This document shows positions 53,500-64,000 of a stretch of DNA of 64,000 nt, one piece after another; the stretch's first letter is position 1; every line of letters starts with the position of its first letter. Source of the stretch: the human T2T-CHM13v2.0 reference genome, Homo sapiens; assembly GCF_009914755.1 (NCBI RefSeq), contig NC_060944.1; one strand, given 5' to 3'. The notes under the pieces are model-generated. The model did not search any database and was not told the DNA's origin. It worked only from the letters and a program-made list of their open reading frames with translations. A program made the translations under genes and the position numbers.

Positions 53500-55040
53500 A
53501 ATTAGGTTTCATCAGAGCCTATAAAACTATTAAATGAGCTAGGTCCTACTTACTTTTCCACTCTCACCTCTCACTTGTCATTTTCTGTGTTGGCCATACC
53601 CCATCTGCATTGGTCTCCTTCCATTTCTTTGCATAAGCCAGAATCTGTCATATCTTGAGGTCTTCACACATGCTGTCCTCTCCTCGGGGCATGCTTTCTC
53701 TTTCCATCTGGATGCACACACTTTTCACGATTTCCCTCTTTTCAAGGTCATCTAGTTTTTCAAAACGTTACTTCCCAAAAGAAACTTTCCTTGATCACTC
53801 ATCTAAACAGCCTTCCCCAATACATCTTTCACACTATTCCCTGTCTTTGCTGCTCATAACATTCACCAAAATATGCAATTATATATTGACCTGTGTGTTC
53901 ACCTTCTATAATGTTTATCTTTGCTGCTAGACTTAGAACATCAACACAGGGAAACAGTCTTTTTTGTTTTTTAAAAACTGTTTTTCTCTACATGTTATAA
54001 TGGTAAATGGTAAACATATAGAACAGTTGAAAGGATTGTAAGGCAAACTCTTATGTACATATTCCCTGTATTAAACAACTAACACTTTGCTGTATTATCT
54101 TTATTGCACATTTATTCATCTATCCATCCCTCTTTCTGTCTGTTCATCCATTCATTCTTTTATCTTATTTCCTAATGCATTTCAAACTGAGTTGAAGACA
54201 TAAGTACACTTCACCCCTAAGCACTTCAGCATGTATATCATTATTAACCAGGGATCAATATTCATTTATGATTCTTCTTTCTTGGGTTAAAATGGACATG
54301 TAGTAAAATGCACAAGCGTTAAGTGTACAATTTGGTGAGTTTTGAAAACACATACACCTGTCTAACCCAAACCCCTATCAAGATGGAAAACATTATTGTC
54401 ACTCCAATGCGTTTTCTTATGCCCTTTCTTAGTGAAACTCCAACTCCACTGACCCCAGAGGCAACTACTGTTTTGATGTTTTTCAACATCGATTTGTTTT
54501 TCCTTTTCTAAAATTGTATATAAATGGAATTATAGAACATGCATTCCTTTTTTGTAAAACTTCTTTCACTCAACATAGTATTTTTGAGATTCTTCCAAGT
54601 CTCAGCATATATCAATAGATCATTCCTTTTATTGCTGAGTAGTGTTCCATTGTATGGATATACCACAGTTTGTTTATTTGTTCCTCTGTTGATGCATCCC
54701 TAGGCTATTTTCTATTTTTGGCTATTATAGATAAAGAGATTATGAGCATTCTGTGACATTCTGTTACATTCATTTATCTTGTTTTTTGGCTACCATGAAT
54801 AAAGAGGCCATGAGCATTATATTACATATTAGTATATTCTTTTATCTTATGTAAATACCTAGGAGTGGAATGTGGGTCATAGGGTAGGTATAAACTTATT
54901 TTTATAAAAAGCTGCTGGACCTTTCTTCAACATAGGTGTAGAAAGAGTCTGTTTTCTTTAGTAACATCAACCAGATAGTATGTGAATTTGGCACAAAGTA
55001 AGTGCTTAATAAATATTTGTTAAATTAATACACAGAGAAA
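53500..55040 (+). mobile_element. L2 3' region split by an L1ME
   Basis: 'gaggtcttcacacatgctgtcctctc...tttccttgatcactcatctaaa' and 'tggcacaaagtaagtgcttaataaatatttgttaaattaat'. Confidence 0.7.
53960..54940 (-). mobile_element. L1ME2-like 3' end
   Basis: 'gcatttcaaactgagttgaagacataagtacacttcacccctaagcacttcagcatgtatatcatt...aaatgcacaagcgttaagtgtacaatttggtgagtttt'. Confidence 0.85.
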
Positions 55041-55459
55041 ATAAATAGAAATATAGTGACTGTTCTAATCCTTTCCTACTGTTTACTAGTGAAGTGTGAC
55101 TGTTTACGAATCATTTAAGTTCCATGAGCCTTCAATATCCTTTTATGTGGGAATAATAAAATGTGCCTTAGATGCCTGAAAAGGTTAGTGCTGAAGGGCC
55201 AGGGGCATGGGGGGAGATTTTAGGAGGTGAGGGACACCATTCATTTAATACAAGCGTGCCCTTCCTTCTCTCCCTGACCTCCCCAGTCTGCAAGATTTCG
55301 GCCTGCAGCTGTCAGGGAATATGCCAAAGCCTAGGCCCAGGAGGGGTCAGGGTAGGTGAAAGGGGAAGAGGCACTTGGATCAACCATTGGTTGCTCTCAA
55401 ATGTCTAAAGTTGGCATTTATATACTTGACTTCTCTCACAGTTTCTCTCCTTCAGATTT

Positions 55460-56070
55460 AACGTCTAGGTTTCTCTGATTTTAAAACTGGGTTATTTGAA
55501 TGTCAAACTTTCGATAACCCTTTAATAGAGGTGTCCATTAACCTGTGCTAAATTAGAGCCCAGCGTCCCTGGAAATACATGTGACACCCACATGAATACC
55601 AAATGCCTTCATTAGGCACAGCACTTACATGATGAATACCAAATGCAGAGCCCAACGCAGGGACACAGATTTCGCTTCGAGGACTTGCCAACACATCTTT
55701 GCGTTTCCTCAGCGGTACCGGTCAGCCCTGTTTGCTGTTTATTTCCAGGTGATGAGATGTGGCAATTGTGGCATTGGCTGAAATAAATAAATGGCATCCT
55801 AATCACCAAGTTCAGAGATGGAGCAGCAAAGGAGGCTATAGCTGATCACTCAGGAGTCAGCAAAAGGATGCCCACTTAGTATGCAAGACGACTTCCAAAC
55901 ACTTCATAAAAGGCGATAACTTTCTTTGACCAAAGAATATATTATTTATAAGTGATTCCAATGCCTTCTTCTCTCCCTCCTTCACTGCCATCCTCCTGCC
56001 CCCCATTTTCACTGTATGTTGTAGCACTTGTTCAGTGATGAAGCCCCTCGTAATAAATAATTTATAAAGC
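55460..56070. promoter_or_regulatory. Candidate regulatory element, CpG-retaining and repeat-free
   Basis: About 12 CpGs; exact 15-bp direct repeat atgaataccaaatgc; FOX-like tgtttattt; posterior-HOX-like ctcgtaataaa. Inference only. Confidence 0.35.
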
Positions 56071-56764
56071 AATTTACAAGTACATTATTCTTAGCAATAA
56101 GATAAGACCTGGAAGAAAGTGTTTTACTGATACACACACACACACACACACACGCCCCTTGGCTTATAAGTAGCAAGCTATCAGAACACCAATAACTAAG
56201 GTCCATGGGCTTGGGGTGAAGGGTGTTATAAGCCATAGTGCTGGAGCCCTTATACATAAGCCATGTAAAGTGTCTGAAGTGTATTTGCATAATAAATAAG
56301 AGAAAACTCACTAAAAACAGCCTTTTCTCTTAATCCTTGTACACAGCTGCCATGGCTTTGTCCACATGGCGTGATACTAAGTGAAGACAATTTTCCCTTA
56401 ATGGCTAACTTCTCTTGAGTACATCCATTGAGCCAGGCCCAGTGTTAAGAGTTCTCAATAAATTGTCTTATTTTATCTTCCCTATCTCTATGAGATATGT
56501 TTTATTAGTATTCCTGTTACTGGACAAAGTAACAGAGGCTGCCTCCCAGTCTTCAACATTCAGTCTTTGAATTCCCAATCCAGTTAAAGTCACTCACTCA
56601 AGTATTCATTCAATGCTAATATCCTACAGGCATTTGATAAGCATCTGTCATTCTTTATTCTGGGAGCTAGGATGCATAGACAGATGATGCATCTATAGCA
56701 GTACTGCCTAATAGAAATACAATGTAAATCACAAAGGCAAGCTGCATATAAAATTTCAACTTTC

Positions 56765-57514
<750 letters not shown>

Positions 57515-57519
57515 AGTAT

Positions 57520-57652
57520 GTATACTGTTTTTGTTAGAGATGGGGTCTCACTTTGTTGCTCAAGCTGGTCTAAAACTCCTGGCTTCAAGTGATCCTCCTA
57601 CCTCAGTCTCCCAAAGTGATAGGATTACAGTTGTGAACCACCATGCCTGGTT
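57520..57652 (-). mobile_element. FLAM-C or AluJ left arm
   Basis: 'agagatggggtctcactttgttgctcaagctggtc...cccaaagtgataggattacag...ccaccatgcctgg'. Confidence 0.85.
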
Positions 57653-58160
57653 ATAATTTCAAAATTTCTGGTAGTCACCTTATTAAAAAAAGGTAAAGAA
57701 AAGGTTCAAATTAATTTTAATGGTATAATTTATTTCATCAAATATATCTTACATTCTTCTTTCAACATGTACTCAATAAAAACATTATTGATGAGATACT
57801 TTAAATTCCTTTTCATCCTGTCTTCAAAATCCAGTGTGTATTTTTCACCCTGTCTTCTAAATCCAGTGGGTATTTTTCACTTATGACATATCTGAAGTCA
57901 GACTAGCCACATTTCAGGGACTCAATATCCACCTGTAGCTAGTGGCTACTGAACTAGATGGCCCAGGTTTATAGGAAAGCGAAGGAGGCAGATGCCTGGG
58001 ATGACATATCACTAGACTATGACAATTGCGATTAGAGAAATCAGCTTAAGCTGGGGACAAAGGTAATGAAAAAGGCCACTCAAAGACTAGGAAGGAGGAA
58101 TCCACCTGAAAAAGAGTAGACCAGGCTGGGGTTCAGGTTGGAAAGCTTGGGCCAAAAGAC

Positions 58161-58495
58161 CAGCATTCTCCTAACTTCAGTCATTCCCTCACTCCCCTAG
58201 CAAAAGTTATTTGCTTTCTCTGCTTAGTATTTGTCCTCCTGTTTACTTACTTTTTTTTTTTTTTTTTTTTGGTAAATTGATTTACTTTTTAAACTTAAAC
58301 AAATTTATTTAACAATGGGACTTTTTGGTACTTCCGTTAATGGGAAAGCAAAATTGACTGTTATAAATAAATTAGCCACAAAACAAATACCAAGCAAACA
58401 AAGCAAAGTTATTGAATTCTAGCCATATTTACTTGCCTGTGCAAAGCTTTGGGTTTCTGCTTTATCTTGTTTTTGTTTGAAGAGAAAGAGGAGAG
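58161..58495 (+). mobile_element. Charlie4a-like hAT element
   Basis: 'ctaacttcagtcattc...taaattgatttactttttaaacttaaacaaatttattt...gttattgaattctagc'. Confidence 0.6.
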
Positions 58496-59958
58496 AGAAT
58501 CTCTGTTTTGGGCTTAGATGTATTAAGGGCTGCATTTATTCTTTCTACTAAAACAACCCCCATAAAACCCAAACAAAATATATGAAGTAATGGTTTAAAA
58601 GACATGGAAAAGCAATAACAAAAGCCTAATCCCTGGTGGTAACAAACAAGACCAGGCTTACAATTCTAGCTTCCTGTCTAGTGAATAATCAGCCCTATAG
58701 TAAGTACTACTCTAATCGTAACTAACAATAGAATCAAAACCCAATAGGACTAAATTGTTTTCAAGAAATTTAACTACATTCCAGAACAAAGATAAAGAAT
58801 ATTTATGAAAATATTTTTTAAAATTACCAGGCTATAGTGCAGAGAAAGGGAATCCAAGTGGAGCCTGACAGGCCCCTGAAGCCAAGGAAACAGATCTGAG
58901 AGATCCATGCAGATGAAGGCAGCTGGTATTGGCAGAACAGAGTACTGGGGAGGCAAAAGCTGCAGAGAGTGAGAGAACATTGAATATCTGCAGAGGGCTT
59001 CTGTCAAGCTTTCAGCTAACAGGGATTACTACATGTGCTTGTGAAGAGGACTTAGAGTTAGGAGTGTCCTGTGCTCACACAGTGTTGGGAATAATGCCTG
59101 CTCCAACCAGTAAGACTGGAAAACCTCATGATTCATGGGGCATTAGGTAAAGTACCCAAAAGGGTCTTGCCTCAGTAGTGGGGAATAATTAGCCCTATAA
59201 TGACTACTGCTTTGATTCTACCTAACACTTCTTAGAAGCAAGACCCAAACGGACCAAATTGTTTCCAAGTAACTTAACTGTATCTCAGAACAAAACTAAA
59301 GAATATTTATACCCAACAAGGTAAAAGTGACAACGCTATACATTAAATCAGAGATTACCACAAATGCAAAGTGCAAAATAAGATCCATGATTAGGAGAAA
59401 ATCAATCAACTGAAACTGTACCAGAACTGATACATGTTAAAATAAGCGTAAACATTAAAACAGTTATGATAATTGTATTCCATATGTTTTCAAAGATAAG
59501 TAGAGGCATGGAAGATTTTAAAAAAGTGAACCAAATTGGAGTTCTATAGATAACAACTATAATTTAGGAATTGAAATTATACTGGATGAGATTAATAGTA
59601 GATTAGATATTGCAGAAGAAAATTTTAGCGAGCATTTACACATAGCAATAGAAACTATCCAAAGTGAAACATACAGAGAGAAAATAATTAAATTCTAAAA
59701 TTATCAGTGAGCTGTGAGACAACTTCAAGTAGCCTACTCCAGACATGTGAAGAGGAAGGCGTGTTTCTCAACTGATTCTATGAGGCCAGCATTATTCTGA
59801 TATCAAAACTAGACAAAGACATTACAAGAAAAACTACACACCAATCTCCCTCATAAATATAGATTTTAAAATTATCAACAAAATTTTATCTAACTGAATT
59901 GAACTCTCTCTCTCTCTCTATATATAAATAGTTGGAGGGAGATATATACACACATTAA

Positions 59959-60029
59959 ATTTATATTGGATATACTATATCTAACTATATACATATTTAT
60001 TTAATAGATATAGTATATCCAATATAAAT
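59959..60029. repeat. Perfect 25-bp inverted repeat with a 21-nt loop
   Basis: atttatattggatatactatatcta / tagatatagtatatccaatataaat. Confidence 0.95.
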
Positions 60030-60082
60030 AGTTGGCTATACTATATCCAATTTTACACACACACACACACACACACACAGAC

Positions 60083-60115
<33 letters not shown>

Positions 60116-61073
60116 GAAGTCCAAGAGGAGTTTATCCCAGAAATGTAACATTGGTTTAAAATTTGAAAGCCAACCTCTGCAATTCGCTATATTAACAAAC
60201 TAAGACAGAGAAAAGTCATATGATCATCTCAATAGACATAAAAAATATTTGACAAAATGCAATGGTCATCCTTGTTAAAAACTCTTAGCAAACTGGAAAT
60301 AGAAGAGAAATTCCAAGACCTAATAAACAACATCTATTCAAAATCTACAGGTGACATCATATTTAATGGTACAAGACTGAATGTTTTTTGCTGAGAGCTG
60401 GAGCAAGGCAAAGACGTTTGCTCTCCCCCTTTTTTCAGCATTAGCTTAGAGGTTCTTGTCTTGACAACTAGGCGAGAAAGAGAAAATGCATCCAAATTGG
60501 AGAGGGAGAATCAAAACTATCATTATTTGCAGATTACTTAATCCTAAGGAACCCACAAAAATACTAGAACTCATAAACAAGTTCAGCAAAGTTTCAGGAA
60601 ACAAGTCAATATATAAAAATAAATTTTATTTAATATAAAACTGTTAAGCTTATGGAAAAAATAAAGGAATATCTGCATGACCCTGGATTAGTCAAATATT
60701 TCATAGATATGACATCAAGTACATGATGTATAGAGCATATTGACAAATTAGACTTTATGAAAATAAAAAAAAACTTCTCTCCAAAAAACACTGTTAATAT
60801 AGAATCAACAAATAAGCCACAGACTGGAAAAAATAAGTTTGCAAATGACTAAGGATGTTAAGCACCTTTTCATGAGCTTACTTCCCATCCATATATCTTC
60901 TTTAATAAAGGGTCTGTTCAAATATGGCTCTCTTTTTTACTAAGCTGTTTGTTTTTCCCCTCCTTTTATTTTCCTTTCCCTCTTCCTCCTCCTTCTTCTT
61001 CTCTTCCTCATTATTATTTCTTTATTATATATTCTAGATAAATTTCATTATCAGTTATATTATTTGCAAACTT

Positions 61074-61422
<349 letters not shown>

Positions 61423-61872
61423 TTATTAAATGGCTAACCTGAAAATTACCCTATCAAGAGTTGGTGAGAACACAGAGGTACTGGAACTCTCATACACCAC
61501 TAGTAGTGGTGTAAATTGGTACAACCCCTTTAGAAAATGGTTTGGCAATTTCTTAAAAAGTTAAAAATATGTTATCATATGATCCAGCCGTTTCACTCCT
61601 AAACATTTTCCCATGGGAAATAAAATCTTAAGTCTTTACAAAGGTGTGTACACAAATGTTGACATAAGCTTAACTTGTAACCACCAAAAATAAGAAATAA
61701 TCTAAAAGCCCATCAAGAGACAAATAAACAAAGTGATAAATTAATATAATGGCATACTACTCATTAATAACAAGGAATAAACTTGATACATGTGACAACA
61801 ACCATGAATGCCAAAGTAATTGTACTGGATGAAAGAAGCCAGCCCTCCCCCTCAGACAAAACAAACAAAAGA

Positions 61873-62165
61873 GGCCAGGCGCTGTGGCTTATGCCTGTAA
61901 TCCCAGCACTTAGGGAGGCCAAGGCGGGTAGATCACTTGAGGTAAGGAGTTCGAGAACAGCCTGGGCAACATGGCAAAAGCCTGTCTGTACAAAAATACA
62001 AAAAAGTATACAAAAAATCAGCTGGGCATGGTGGCACATGCCTGTGGTCCCAGCTAATCGGGAGGCTGAGGCAGGAGGTGGAGGTTCCAGTGAGCTGTGG
62101 TTGTGCCATTGCACTCCAGCCCGGGTGACAGAGTGAGACGCTCTCTCAAAAACAACAACAACAAT
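61873..62165 (+). mobile_element. AluJ (Jb-like) with a right-arm deletion
   Basis: 'cctgggcaacatggcaaa', 'gcaggaggtggaggttccagtgagctgtgg'; (AAC)n tail; TSD aaacaaaaga/aaacataaga. Confidence 0.93.
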
Positions 62166-62294
62166 AAACATAAGAAAGTGATTTGGCTGTAACATGCATG
62201 CAAGGGAAGGATCAGGAAGAATGGACTCACAAAGTATTTTGGGGGCTTGGCTAAAATGTTTTTACTCAATTTTGGCATAAGTTAGGTTAGCAGA

Positions 62295-62658
62295 TGATAT
62301 GGTTTTGCTGTGTCTCTACTTAAATCTTATCTTGAATTGTACTTCCCATAATGCCCATGTGTCATGGACAGTAATTGAATTATGGGGGTGGTTTCCCCCA
62401 TCATGCTGTTCTCGTGATAGTGAGTGAGTCTCATGAGATCTGATGATTTTATAAGTGTCTGCATTTCCCCTGCTTGCACTCACTCAGTCCTGCTACCCTG
62501 TGAAGAAGAGGCCTGCTTTTTCTTTGCCTTCCACCATGATTATAAGTTTCCTGAGACCTCCCCAGCCATGCAGAACTGTGACTCAATTAAACCTCTTTTC
62601 TTTATAAATTAACAGTCTTGGGTATTTCTTCATGGAAGTGTGAAAATTGACTAATATA
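62295..62658 (+). mobile_element. THE1D-like MaLR solo LTR
   Basis: 'tgatatggttttgctgtgtc...gcatttcccctgcttgcactcact...aattaaacctcttttctttataaatt...gactaatata'; TSD gcaga/gcata. Confidence 0.92.
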
Positions 62659-62679
62659 GCATATTAGCTCAAATATTAG

Positions 62680-62840
62680 TTTATGTTCAAAAGTTTTGAT
62701 GTCATGTTGGGAGCAACTGGAACTTGGGCAAGTTAACCTTTTCGAACATCCTTTCCCTCATTACTTTAGGCAAATGCTAACATGGAAATATTAGCATTTG
62801 CCTAAGGTAATGATTTGAAAGCTTAAATTTGAGAACATGA
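62680..62840 (+). mobile_element. MIR fragment containing a de novo 23-bp-stem hairpin (62758-62813)
   Basis: 'cttgggcaagttaacc...tttccctcat' and 'atggaaatattagc...gcttaaatttgagaac' are MIR-like; hairpin arms match at 22/23. Confidence 0.65.
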
Positions 62841-64000
62841 GTCATTTCTCATTCTTTCACTTTCCTCATAGCACATAACATGATTTGAAATTATTGTACT
62901 TTAGTTTTAGTTTGATAGTGCTGATCTCCACTCCTTACCTTCCCATCACCAAGAGTAGAGGTCTTGACGGCTGTTTTCATGGTTTTATCTATAGCACTTG
63001 ATACAGCATTGGACACCTAGGAGATCCTCAGCCAAAGAAAGATTAAGAAACTCAGGGAGCATAACACTACATCTGAAACACTTAGATGATCAGCATTTTA
63101 AAAAAATGTCTATTTAGGTTCTTAGAACAAGGCTATGGCATCAAATATATGAATTGGCTTTTCTACCAAGTTCTTGCCAACTGATCAGATGATGAGGAAA
63201 GCACATGTGGCCAGTAGTCTAACTCTGAGTTCTCCCAAAGTTCACTGTTTCAATCAAGGTCAAATAAACTTTTTCTGCCTTGGGCCAGGTTGAGTCATGA
63301 TAGCTTTAAGGAAAGAAGCAAGTAAATAAAATGTTCTGTCTGATCTGCCTGGATGAACCACAGTCTTGGCACCAGGACCTGACCCCCTGGAAGGGTCAGC
63401 AGACAATGGCACAGAAGAGATTGTTAATAATAAATTATAAACATGGCTGCAGCTACCATGGGGAGACCCTATATCCCCTCCCCAGCCCACACATTCACTC
63501 CCTGGCCTGTTCTGCCCCATGGGCTTAATCCACATCAGAGTGAAACAAATCCAATAAAACGTTTCCCTGAGCTAAGAGGGAGTTCAATGATTCATTCTCA
63601 TTCATTCTCTCTCTTCCTGCCAAACATCTAATCCTAGATGACGAAAGAACAAAGGAAGAGGCATTTCAAAGAAGTCATCCTCATGTGTCTCCCTGCTGCT
63701 TTGGTGTCTCACAAGAATCAAGACCCTGCCCTGAGGCTTACCAGGACTTAGCAGTAAATGTCATTTGGATATGGTGCCATTAGTGTCCTCTCAATGATAG
63801 GACACGAATGTGGCACCTTGTCATACCTCTTTGCTGCAGTCTCACTCACTGGGGACTACCATACTGCTGGCAAAGAGGATATTATCAGAGATGGTATGTG
63901 GGGACAGACATAGTCTCTGGCATAAGTTGGCAGCACAATTGCTGAAGATCTCAAGTGGTGACCTGGGAAATAGTGTCTTAGTGGAAGGAACACTCTTGCA

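Noticed and set aside
55708-55729. REST/RE1-like tcagcggtaccggtcagccc
   Set aside because: Poor left half-site and non-canonical spacing

Overview
Primate genomic DNA, probably human or great ape, as shown by AluJ/AluS, THE1D, an LTR3 solo LTR and a young L1PA2/3-type insertion. I find no supportable protein-coding exon, RNA gene or CpG-island promoter. Every ORF in the track is an L1/Alu/LTR fragment, a microsatellite read-through or a chance ORF. The window looks like an intergenic desert or a large intron. Roughly half is interspersed repeat (MIR, L2, L3, L1M, L1PA, Alu, MaLR/ERVL LTRs, hAT MITEs), often nested. Several repeat-free blocks retain CpGs and carry clustered TF motifs, and they resemble conserved enhancers. 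The most unusual signal is a recurring set of locally generated inverted repeats: a ~100-bp fold-back duplication across an (AT)n tract, an interlocked double inverted repeat, a perfect 25-bp stem, a pre-miRNA-sized hairpin created inside a MIR, and a ~230-bp inversion abutting an Alu 5' end. There is also a twin-primed L1, a possible L1 3' transduction, a tail-to-tail L2 hairpin and a perfect 61-bp tandem duplication. Repeat families were assigned by eye from remembered consensus sequences, so subfamily names and the boundaries of old repeats are approximate. I cannot identify the locus, and I see no clear evidence of a novel gene system.
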